A stretch of 63,478 bases of DNA, counting the filler, from Phoronis australis (taxonomy: Eukaryota; Animalia; Phoronida), in NCBI GenBank assembly GCA_002633005.1. It is 4 parts of 4 records of this genome, joined end to end, with 100 filler letters (N's around TTAATTAATTAA, not from the genome) between each part and the next. Parts side by side here need not be neighbours in the genome. Positions count along the whole stretch, not along the records: positions 1 to 16,725 come from NMRA01000509.1; positions 16,826 to 26,936 come from NMRA01001769.1; 2 more parts are not named here. One strand, given 5' to 3'. The notes beneath the pieces are model-generated. The model was given only the letters and a program-made list of their open reading frames with translations, did not search any database and had not been told where the DNA came from. Positions 13,601 to 22,439 of this stretch are shown here, piece by piece (position 1 is the first letter of the stretch; each line of letters begins with the position of its first letter). A program made the position numbers and the translations under genes.

Positions 13601-15989
13601 TCATACCAGACCTGAGCTTCGTTGTAGAGCAATCAAGTAGCGATGTGGGACCTTCAACAGATTAATGTCCCCATGTTTCAGGCAGCGATACAGGACACTT
13701 GGACATTTATTTACGAAAAATAGAATGTACAAAAAACCCCAGAAGGTGCTAGAAAACATTACACTTGGGCACCCGTTGATGCTCCCACACTTAAGGAAGT
13801 GATATTGGCCCATTAGCTCATGGAATGCCACCATGCTGGAAATAAGACTTTTGTCCTCAGTCTATTTCCATTGAAACGTCCATAGTTCACTTGCAAAACC
13901 TAATAAATGTTGTGTCTTCAATCGACATGAAACAAGGGACCATTTTTAAAAATCCCCTCATTACGAGATTAAATCACTGATCAATGGCTGTACCTGTGAA
14001 GCAGAAAAACATGCGTGTTCGGTTAAGAACAGCTTTTGACACATTTGGAACTTTCACTCGAAGAGTTCTTGCTGAAACCAGAAATTCACAACATTAAATG
14101 CACATGAACCATGATGACAAGTTAAGAAAACAATTCAGCTATGAGTAGAGTCTTGTTTAACCTATTGACCTATCATGTCTCCCACCTGCACGTTGTAACC
14201 TAGACCTTGATATCATGCTGGTTCTTGACTGTACACTCAAAATGAAGAGTGCACCTCGAGTCATGTCAGCAAATGAAGTTATATACTAGTTGGCTATTTA
14301 ATAAATGTTTGACTGCTCTTCTGTTGAACACGTCATTTGGAAATGTGATAAATCGTAATACAAATTCACATCAGAATCTGAATGATTTGAAGTTTGTGGC
14401 AGTGAGCAACTTGTCTACGTTTAAAAGACATTATTACTGAGAGCACCGCCAGACATACCTATAGGACACTGAAGTGAGTTGTACAGTCCGTGCCCAAATT
14501 AATGAATGCTGGAGCTTTTCAAGTGAGGGCACTGTGAATTTAAAGAACTGATAAACATCACAGTTCCCTTAAGCCTTGCTGAAGAGGAGGAAGTTTGGAC
14601 TAGTGAGATAAGTGTCCAGCTTGGTTAAACTATTATTATAAAGCATAAAAATGGTTCCAAGTGATCAGAACAACGGTCCCATCTGAGCAGCATGTGTACG
14701 TCTGGTACAACTTGTAACAGACTGACCACAACTATAATAAGCTTAGGTATACCATGGTGTACAATGTAGACCGAGTACTCTAGCGTACAATGCGTTGTCT
14801 GCTCGTGAGAGGGCGGAGTTTGACCCCAAGACAACCTCTGTGATTCTACAAAAGGATGCTGTATACAGATGCACAGTGTTCCATTTGGCTGACTGATGAC
14901 GTCCATGTTGAAGGAAGAGTCTGTTAAAATGAATTGGAGAGGAGTGCTTGAGGATGACAGTAGCTACAGACAATTTCCGATGAATTTTCACTTTCACGCG
15001 TCGATCCAATGCAACCACTAAGAAATTAGGGTAGTAAGCCCGATTTCAGCCCAAGAACAGATTAATTTCAACTNTGCGCATGATTAACAGAAGGCTCAAA
15101 TTCAATGGAATATATCAATTTTTAAGCCAAAATTATGGAAATCTAGGCGCAGAAAAAATCTGCAATTTTTCAGGCACAAAAAGGGAATGAGTGGAAATTC
15201 CCTTTTTAAAATGGAAAGTGTTTATTATAAAGCATAAAAATGGTTCCAAGTGATCAGAACAACGGTCCCATCTGAGCAGCATGTGTACGTCTGGTACAAC
15301 TTGTAACAGACTGACCACAACTATAATAAGCTTAGGTATACCATGGTGTACAATGTAGACCGAGTACTCTAGCGTACAATGCGTTGTCTGCTCGTGAGAG
15401 GGCGGAGTTTGACCCCAAGACAACCTCTGTGATTCTACAAAAGGATGCTGTATACAGATGCACAGTGTTCCATTTGGCTGACTGATGACGTCCATGTTGA
15501 AGGAAGAGTCTGTTAAAATGAATTGGAGAGGAGTGCTTGAGGATGACAGTAGCTACAGACAATTTCCGATGAATTTTCACTTTCACGCGTCGATCCAATG
15601 CAACCACTAAGAAATTAGGGTAGTAAGCCCGATTTCAGCCCAAGAACAGATTAATTTCAACTAGATGGTTTAAAGCATTGAAGGAAAATCATACCCTGTT
15701 ACAAAAGTAGACCTAAAATTTAGATTAAAGTAAGTTAGAAACTCTAAAGATTGCTTAACGACACTGTACTTTGGTGTCCTTTGATGACTATCGGGGGAAA
15801 TACTGCCATGCTTGAACTGATCCCATATTGACATTACATACAAAATGAATCTTGAGAAAGCATATGTACCTGGAATACACTTCCACAGTCCCCCAGTCAG
15901 GTATGGTGAGCTTGTTTTCAAACTGGATCTCGGGATGTTGATCCCGGCTAGATTGAGCTCAAACTGAAATGCATGTTCAAAGTAAATAG
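1562..15989 (-). CDS. GSAP: Gamma-secretase-activating protein (GSAP/pigeon) orthologue, 5'-truncated by scaffold end; 18 coding exons
   Basis: Exons in transcript order: 15870-15989, 14753-14920 (duplicate copy 15342-15509), 13994-14071, 13263-13355, 12681-12901, 11941-12010, 10915-11012, 9746-9997, 8820-8935, 8424-8550, 7696-7791, 6725-6804, 4934-5028, 4524-4572, 3646-3716, 3071-3132, 2502-2721, 1562-1677 (TAG). All are GT-AG bounded with matching phases and no stops. Peptides QPNGTLCIC..YSVYIVHH, GDYLLAHLPGVFSHLLNV, ELSFPLPPGF..F..L..RCLP, LFLQYLDQGVLVL, IMRLP..CLEIWRHP and IDRDYLEKNAL match my recollection of human GSAP (TGSLCVC..YSVFYIHKG, DYYVAVYLPGHFFHLLNV, LFLPLPPGF, IDSGVLLL, IVRLP..LWDHP, VDAEFVEEAAL) in colinear order. 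Confidence 0.9.
2502..2721 (-). CDS. GSAP: GSAP exon (KDARRCLEIWRHP...FPPMAALLELLEAK)
   Basis: ccattttgcag acceptor, gtgaac donor; within ORF 2467..2727. Confidence 0.85.
3071..3132 (-). CDS. GSAP: GSAP exon (DLQTQENTEEIISQLIMRLPS)
   Basis: tgtctttcag acceptor, gtacgt donor, phase 1 to 0. Confidence 0.85.
3646..3716 (-). CDS. GSAP: GSAP exon (LFLQYLDQGVLVLNREIVEHVIE)
   Basis: caccatag acceptor, gtaaag donor, phase 2 to 1. Confidence 0.85.
4524..4572 (-). CDS. GSAP: GSAP exon (GFAQHFTKLAFRCLPY)
   Basis: aattacag acceptor, gttagt donor, phase 1 to 2. Confidence 0.85.
4934..5028 (-). CDS. GSAP: GSAP exon (SARGAQRDKDLFYMFETFWLAITELSFPLPP)
   Basis: ttttttctag acceptor, gtgaat donor, phase 2 to 1. 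Confidence 0.85.
5395..5961. mobile_element. PIF/Harbinger-type MITE in a GSAP intron
   Basis: About 40-bp imperfect terminal inverted repeats (GGGCTGGTCCAGCAAAATCTGTGTGGGAGGGGGGAAGGCA / TGCCTTCCCCCCTCCCCATACAGATTTTACTGGAACAGCCC), GGG...CCC ends, 3-bp TSD TGA on both sides. Confidence 0.75.
6725..6804 (-). CDS. GSAP: GSAP exon (MALSNQLCHLIWSVLGPSPEEYNCDN)
   Basis: ggtttcag acceptor, gtaagt donor, phase 0 to 2 fits both neighbours. Confidence 0.8.
7696..7791 (-). CDS. GSAP: GSAP exon (CQTKLKSHVLGNLRKDVPERIEGICTEYGECM)
   Basis: gtttccag acceptor, gtgagt donor, 96 nt, phase 0. Confidence 0.8.
7964..8296. mobile_element. Putative MITE in a GSAP intron
   Basis: Perfect 17-bp inverted repeat ATTCTCCAGTTTGGGAC (7964-7980) / GTCCCAAACTGGAGAAT (8280-8296). 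Confidence 0.45.
8424..8550 (-). CDS. GSAP: GSAP exon (QSPPSLPLPPSSALSRTDAILGAKPPFFSHIADYSLNRNYVM)
   Basis: ttccatccag acceptor, gtatgt donor, phase 2 to 0. Confidence 0.75.
8820..8935 (-). CDS. GSAP: GSAP exon (KIRKSPDQAYRLLQRPPQQKEKRGQSVLSNLTKLSRSK)
   Basis: Open frame, gtgggg donor in phase 2 fits the next exon; acceptor is GAG/AAG (NAGNAG) and less certain. Confidence 0.6.
9746..9997 (-). CDS. GSAP: GSAP exon (DARGSRLAVLGYSVFRGG...PRFDPAAVLKEIRSLEDNQWEVTSEKG)
   Basis: Within ORF 9605..10018; poly-T tract plus GAG acceptor; gtacgt donor, phase 0. Confidence 0.7.
10915..11012 (-). CDS. GSAP: GSAP exon (SSYSLARKRLDRRIAKLLPYTSSTGFSGHCER)
   Basis: cacttcag acceptor, gtaatt donor; matches the SSY...KLLP motif. 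Confidence 0.85.
11941..12010 (-). CDS. GSAP: GSAP exon (IVEAICNDPCSPENCPLLKEILL)
   Basis: aatctttcag acceptor, gtttgc donor, phase 0 to 1. Confidence 0.85.
12681..12901 (-). CDS. GSAP: GSAP exon (ENTFLFDSSPRYY...LLDLFMD...AVIHYATVYAKDLQFLKK)
   Basis: tttttgcag acceptor; within ORF 12663..12917; phase 1 to 0. Confidence 0.85.
13263..13355 (-). CDS. GSAP: GSAP exon (GDYLLAHLPGVFSHLLNVSIELEPCNHLIYQ)
   Basis: ttttcccag acceptor, gtgagt donor; strongest motif match to GSAP. Confidence 0.9.
13994..14071 (-). CDS. GSAP: GSAP exon (RTLRVKVPNVSKAVLNRTRMFFCFT)
   Basis: ggtttcag acceptor, gtacag donor, symmetric phase 1. Confidence 0.8.
14633..15662. repeat. About 440-bp direct duplication (14633-15073 / 15222-15662) separated by a single N; probable assembly overlap artefact
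   Basis: Copies appear identical, offset 589 bp; the first ends exactly at the n at 15074. Confidence 0.8.
14753..14920 (-). CDS. GSAP: GSAP exon (DSSFNMDVISQPNGTLCICIQHP...YSVYIVHH)
   Basis: cattttaacag acceptor, gtatac donor, 168 nt, symmetric phase 1; identical copy at 15342-15509. Confidence 0.85.
15870..15989 (-). CDS. GSAP: GSAP exon (IYFEHAFQFELNLAGINIPRSSLKTSSPYLTGGLWKCIP), most 5' exon visible
   Basis: gttttttcag acceptor, gtacat donor, phase 1 joins the next exon as CIP-DSSFNM. Confidence 0.75.
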
Positions 15990-16725
15990 CTGAAAAAACA
16001 CTGTGGCACTGATAACTGCAATGTACTGTTAGAAAGCACATCAACCATTCAACACCAGACCTGGGCTATTGGGCTTGTTATGTATAACAAGAGCAACAAT
16101 GTAAATCTTCAACTGTTGTGTAACCAATAGGGGGCGTGCAGACAAGATTTAAAAGTGCGAATGGATAAGAATTACATAAACAACTACATGTATAAGTCAG
16201 GGCTTGGAATGACCAATGACAAAAAACGCGGAAACGTTTACGGCCCAAAACATGTGCGCTACCCAGCCTTGAAATAGTCGATGTGAACCTTTCGCCGACA
16301 AAAATTGGTAGGAAAATGTTGATGATTTACGTTCCTCCGAAACATAAAGAGCACCTTCCGCTTTTCGAGGTGAACGTCGTCGGCAACGCTGCGGTAAGAA
16401 AGGAATTTGCCGCGGAAATTTCATATCAAATCCGATTTTTTTACATGGAAATATAATACAAGAGCAACGCAGAGCGTTGAAATGCGCCCACAATTGCACC
16501 GCATACGGTATCCCTCTAGGGTTGTTTAGCGGTACCATAAAGTGGCCAGTAGAGGGCATATATGTAGTATGTTGTACTTAGCAAAATGGAAAGGCATGGT
16601 CATTGTCTCCTCAATAGGCTAGGGGCAAAATGTGAGTAATCTTCATAATACAAGCACATCCTACACACCAGTTGCTTAAAGCACCACAGAAACATAGAAT
16701 TAAAAACAAATTTACCAACATACGA

Positions 16726-16825
16726 NNNNNNNNNNNNNNNNNNNNNNNNNNNNNNNNNNNNNNNNNNNNTTAATTAATTAANNNNNNNNNNNNNNNNNNN
16801 NNNNNNNNNNNNNNNNNNNNNNNNN
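16726..16825. other. Artificial scaffold linker N44-TTAATTAATTAA-N44
   Basis: Exactly 100 nt, six-frame stop 12-mer in the centre; recurs identically twice more. Confidence 0.95.
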
Positions 16826-18414
16826 CTATTCTACAGAAAACTTATGTCAAAATGTCCTTACTTTGGAAAGAGTTTCAGGTTATGATTGCTTCAGGTGCTT
16901 CGAAAAATCCAAAAGACTTAAAAACATTTTTCTGGGTGTTTAGAATAATGCATATCTGTGTAGTGGTACAGTATTTGTTACCCATTTCGAAGAGTAACAC
17001 AGAAAAGCACACAGCCTTAAAACCTATTTTAAATTATTAACAGTTTTCCAAGATTTATTACCTTTGATTCACAATTGTTCCGTTTATTTTGTGAATTCAT
17101 CGCAATAGCCACCACATGTAAATTACAACAGGAAGTAAACAGACAGAAGTTAGAACTATTCAGCAAAAATCTGGCAAGATCCGCTAAATTTGCACCATCA
17201 TCCTATGCGTTCGTCTGCGTACTATGTTCGTTCGTTGGTGTGAGGGATAATCAAATTAGGAAATGTACGTTCGCAGATTTAAGGGGGAAATAGATAAGTG
17301 CAAGGAGAAAATACGTTGAATAGCAAAGCTCAGATATTGACTTGCGTTTAGCTAAGCATAAAGTGCTGCACGAGAAATGCACCAAAATCAACCACTGCTA
17401 TTCGGGTTATTGTTTACAATCCGACTCTATTACCGTACAAAAGGCGTACATACTTGATACTACTATTTTCTGAATTCTCTAGTCACGGTAATGCGTGGGC
17501 TTTTTAGGAACATTTTTGGGCTTTGACCGCGATTTTTTTGTGATCTCGCTGAAGCAGGACACCTTGAATGGTATTAGATGAAAGAACAATTGCTAATGGA
17601 TTGTCGAAACCCTGTTTTGTGCTGAGGACGCCAGTTGTGCATGGTGAGAAGATTCAGAAATGTTAATATTCAGTGTGTACGTTAATGGAGTTGGATTGTA
17701 AACAATAACTGGTATTCGTATCAGTGAGAAATGCACAAGAAACACCCAATAAGATTGGAGTATGGCGACCAAACTTTGGCCTAAATTAATCAGCAGCGAA
17801 GACGTTAAGCTCACACTGCTCACAGTTAAGCCAGCAGAGAAAACGAAAACTTTCGAACAGAATGGTTCTTTGCCTTGAATCGTCAAGTTCGTGACAAACA
17901 CGATGGGCAAACAGCGCGAATTCTGTCTACACCATTTCCAGAAATGAATCAGTCAAATACCTGGACTAAAGAAAGTAAAATGAATCGTACATTCTGAAAA
18001 CATCTTTACCCGACTTTACTGATACTGGACTCAGTCCGTTACCGACGCTTAACAAAATGTCAGAAGCGTAACAAAAAATTCAGCTCAAACAGTGATGGTT
18101 TACCTACATCTGATCGCCTTTGTGTCAGAAACAATGGCAGATAATCTCAAGTGGACGCTTTGATTGAAAATTGCTTACGCTGTACCACCCGTGCCTGAAC
18201 AAGAACGCATGTTCAATTTGTCCGGAAGTAAATATGAAATGTAGGAAGAAAAAGTCCTTCGACTATTGTCAACACTGCGACCCTAATGAAAATTTATTAT
18301 TAGATACAATGCTTCATTTTCTGTACGACTGGACATAGTTTATTTATACACATATAGTGGGATATTTAACAATTTTAAACGGAAATGGAGGAATTTCGTC
18401 TGCGAACGATCTTG

Positions 18415-18977
18415 CTCGCTGGTTCCCTGCGTGCCGCTAGATGGGGCGGTAGCCGCGCCAGCACGCAGGTATCACTTAAATTTCCTCTGTAAATTTTTTT
18501 ACACCGGCGTTTCTGATTGGCTAGTCGAATTCTCAACAGGAAGCGCTTTGCGCAAACAAACTGGCATGACTGATGGACTGAAGTGTAAATGTGGTCTGCT
18601 GTACAGACAAATCGGTGCTTAAAATTATGTTCAGGAAATGTGAAGCCTAGAAATTGTAATATTGAGCCTTTTCGGAATACATCTTTCTACTGTCGATGAC
18701 TTTTGTTTACGATAGTGTCCTTATACAGTATGAATAACACACCGGTTAAATCGGCCACATAATATGTGTTTATTGTGCATGTATGTGCTTCAAGCACGCG
18801 GCTATTAAACATCACTTCAGAAACGACAAGGCTAAAAATCGTTCACAGTCCGCCATTTTTTCACGGTGTTGTAAAGCTAACCAATGACTGCCAAGATTAC
18901 ATCGACCAATGCTAAAGCACGTGCCACTAGGTGATACCTGCGTGCTGGCTGGGCTAAGCACGCAGGGAACCAGCGAG
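18415..18977. mobile_element. Non-autonomous DNA element/MITE with 20-bp inverted repeats
   Basis: CTCGCTGGTTCCCTGCGTGC (18415-18434) and its exact reverse complement (18958-18977). Confidence 0.55.
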
Positions 18978-19448
18978 ACGATCTTGGTGCTCAAGTCTAG
19001 TCACCAGGGGGCGAGACCGTCCACGAATCGGTTCGCCGGTACAACAAACCGTTGAAGTAGGCGAAGACACTGAGTGCCAGCTGAACAACAAAATCAATTT
19101 ACGAGGAAGTGAGGGATGTTGGTGATTTGTGAGACATTGCGCACGAACTGGACTTATGGTCAGGATGATATGCCAATTAATAAAAGAACGCCATGTTTCT
19201 GTACAAGGAACCATCTATCAGACTGTCAGTTTATTCTATCGCATCAGTACACAATTGAGTAGCGTGCCCATATAAGGCAAGATACAGCAAAACTGCATTC
19301 CAAGACTACAGCATTCCATTAATTATATCTTATACAACTATTTCTTATGCAATTCTTATACAACAATTTCTTATGCAATTTATAATACATCATGGAGATC
19401 ATCAATCTCCAACACAAGGGAATAAACTTAAAGAAGAATTACATGTAC

Positions 19449-19730
19449 CATGCACTCACCCAGCCTAAAAATGGGGGGGGCTCGAATTTTTGAGAATGTG
19501 GACGTCCCTTTTACTAAAACATACGGCCGGGTAGGCTACGTCACAGAGCAATGATCGAATTCTGCCGATTTGCCCGATTTTGGTAGTTCATTGCCTTTCT
19601 CAGTAGTGAACTCGTAGTCTTTTTCTGATTTTCGGACTTTTTGTTTCCTCTGAGGCGGACCTTTTTGCCCACTTCGCCAAATGGGAAGAGAGGCTCATGA
19701 TAACTGAAGCCCAGCTAGGGCTTACCGCCA
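19449..19730. mobile_element. MITE family with CATGCGCGCACCCAG-type ends (other copies 24717-24943 and 29874-30145)
   Basis: Shared CACCCAGCCTAAAA(T)ATGGGGG..CTCGAAT start and GGACCTTTTTGCC..TTCGCCAAAT internal block across three dispersed copies. Confidence 0.55.
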
Positions 19731-19933
19731 CTAGATAAGGTTGCTTGTCGGCGGCCGGAGTGTCCGACGATAAAAAGACAAATCCTTTTTTCAACTATAA
19801 AAAATGTGCACCCACGGCTGTAGAACGGTACATATGTACATGGCGTGAACAATAGTATATTGTGACGAAAAATGTAAACAAAATTGGGCGACTGTAGTAA
19901 GAAAATACACAATTATGAATACGACAAACCAAT

Positions 19934-20598
19934 TGTGACGGGAGCGAAGTTTTTCCGCCGATGGAGTCGATCGTGAGTTAGTCGAGACGTCAATCATGAT
20001 TACGTTTAATTTCAGACGCTAGAGTGTTCAGTTATAGTTTAAATGATGTCTGTTGGTGGATCCCCTTATTTGATACTTCCGATGACGAAATTTTCACTTT
20101 ACATTATGATTGGTTTTTACGTTTAACTTGAGACCCCTATTAGCGCAATTTGGTACTGTGGCGGCATTTGCGGTGGAAACTCGCCTATAAAAAGGACCCA
20201 AACCCTCAAACTTCGGATTCTGTCGGGTCTCGATTGGCGAAAGAAATCCAAACCAAACTAACTAGAGTTTTAAATCTTTTCATTAAACTTTAACGCTTTT
20301 CAGGGTACTTTTCTTGCTTATTATTCTTTGGGTTATTTGTCAAAGCAGAGATGACAACATAAGCTATTGTACAGTGTAATTTCCTAGATTTGTGTTTTAT
20401 TTTAGCGCATAACAAACTCAGTATATTCATCTACTTCTCTCTTGTTTCACTCTCTCTAAGATGTCACCATGGTTCTCAGCCGAGATACGAACGAGTGAAA
20501 AAGTACTGACAACACTGCAAATATTTTTATCGACTTCTAAAAGTCGATTTAAGAAGCTAAGTAGATGGGTGCTGGTTGTTCCACAGATTCCCGTTACA
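19934..20598 (+). mobile_element. Solo LTR (family A)
   Basis: TGTGACGGGAG...ATTCCCGTTACA inverted termini, TATA-like CCTATAAAA, colinear with the copy at 34600-35277; no PBS follows; no TSD recognised. Confidence 0.75.
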
Positions 20599-21582
20599 TT
20601 ACATACTCAAAATCCACATCATAATGATTTTTGCAAAATTCTGTGCTCAAATTTATCTTTCGCTTTGGCCAACTAAATCAAAGGTTTCCAGGGGTTTCAC
20701 AACCACACAGGCCAGCAAAAATTACGCTCCGTCCTGAATAACGTACACTGTATGTATCCAAGGCACATATACAGCACGGTCGCATCACTACGTAGACGCC
20801 ACATGAAGCTAGAAATCAGTTTGAAGCCACGAAACTACAAACTTATTCTTGTAGGTAATTTTAGCTGTTGCGGTTGTCAAGAATGAAATGAAAAAAAAAA
20901 TGCGGCCTTGTCAGACGTGTGTCAACGGAATCATCCCCATGCGTGAAGTCAATGGATCAGAAAGTGGGAGGCATAATCCAAATTATTTAGGGTGTACTGA
21001 AGAAGTCGATGATTCAAAAGGCAGTTGTATGAAATCAAAGGCCAATTGCGATGGCTACCATGATGGCCAAGATGTCGGAGAGTATGCCTCAGGATCACTT
21101 ACATTCCTTCGTAGCGCCCCTATACGGTGGCAAAGGCTGAACCACTGCATTCGGTGAACATTGAAAGGCTCGCTAAATCGACACAACTTTTAAAAGGAAC
21201 CCTCTCCTTATTCATGTACACGTTCGAGACCGGCGCACGCATGGATGACCTGGGGGTCCGGTGCGGATTCAATCTCTATTCTGACGACTGAATTCGAGAT
21301 TTCCGTCATCTTAAACACTTTTCATTGCCAGTGTCAAATTTTCTTTTGAGATCGAGTGACCCGAGTTTTGGTACTCATGTTCGGGTTACATGTCTCTCAG
21401 ACACATCACAAGGGTAATTCAGTTAAGATGCTGGTTCCCGGTTTGTTTACATCATTGGTAACTTGACGCTTGGTGATGGCACTAGTATGCCAGGCCACAG
21501 ACAGTGCTGTTTTTCAATGGAACTACTATTTAAGTGTGACTGCCGAGAGTGTGAAATGTACATGTATCTGTTTTTAAACGTG

Positions 21583-21960
21583 TTTTTAAGGCAGGCGATC
21601 AGGGCTGAGTTGCATAAAGCTTCAAAAGTTATCCACTGGATAAGTTTGATTGTTGAATGACGTCAGGTGCATTGTTCAACAATAATTACGTGACGCGTGA
21701 TAATGCGACGTCATTGTTGCTATACGGCGTATAACTTTTATGCAACTGGGTCCTGGTGTTTATCTTAGACTCTGCTTCAACTAAGGGCGTGTGTAAAAAA
21801 TTGTCGTCTCCCTGGAATCATTATTGAAGTTGTTTTAACACCAGCTCTGTACAGAGTTCGGGTGAAGAATACTGTCTCAGTTATTCACCATGATCGTATT
21901 AAACTGTGTAAAACTCGTCATGCTGACCTACATGTACTGCGTGGCTTCAGCGGATAGTGA
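21583..21960 (+). pseudogene. Gypsy integrase C-terminal (GPY/F-SH3-like) remnant
   Basis: GDLV-x-ILD, KL-S-S-P-W, LYRV and VIHHDRIKLC motifs; broken by a MITE (21603-21752), a short deletion after SPW and a frameshift at the TACATGTA at 21929. Confidence 0.75.
21603..21752. mobile_element. Short Harbinger-like MITE inserted in the integrase remnant
   Basis: Inverted ends GGCTGAGTTGCATAAAG / TTTTATGCAACTGGGTC, flanked by CAG/CTG; removing it restores GAT CTG GTG (D-L-V) in frame. Confidence 0.7.
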
Positions 21961-22145
21961 ACGTAGTTAACCAGATTCCTGACATTGATGATCAGTTGTA
22001 TTGTGTGTGTCGTCAGCCTGACCATGGTGGCCTCATGATCCAGTGTGACTCTTGTGATGATTGGTTTCATGGGGAATGTGTTAGTGTTACGGCTGATGAT
22101 GCACGCGATATGGATGATTATTGGTGTCCTCGGTGCAAGCCCTAA
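21957..22145 (+). CDS. PHD zinc finger (C4HC3), C-terminal end of the retrotransposon Pol
   Basis: LYCVCRQPDHGGLMIQCDSCDDWFHGECVSVTADDARDMDDYWCPRC: all eight Zn ligands intact; upstream frame reads PAWLQRIVNV back into the integrase remnant. Confidence 0.85.
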   Translation: MNVVNQIPDIDDQLYCVCRQPDHGGLMIQCDSCDDWFHGECVSVTADDARDMDDYWCPRCKP

Positions 22146-22439
22146 CTTTTCTTTTTGTTGCCGAAGTTGTGTTCTCTTGTACGGATGTCCGACTAAAAAC
22201 CAACCCGCGCCTTTGGCGGGTGACCTTCTCCGAGGGCTCCCATGACGTTCAAGAGACTTCTTCTGTGTCTAATAAGACACCTGCGTCTTCGGAGCATATG
22301 GATGTGAGTGATGCTTCTGGCACCCCTGCCGTGTCAGAGGATGTTAATCCATGTGATCATCCCAGTGATGTCTCATTAATATCACCTGCTCCAGTTCACA
22401 AAAAACCAATCAAGCCAGTTCCTTAAAAAGGGAACCTTG

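Noticed and set aside
14743-15607. ORF-track 91-aa ORFs MVALDRRVKV... (two copies)
   Set aside because: Alternative frame overlapping the true GSAP exon and its intron.
21250-21500. Possible retroviral-type protease remnant (SGADSISILTTEF...LTLGDGTSM)
   Set aside because: The catalytic Asp is absent and the similarity is too short to support without alignment.
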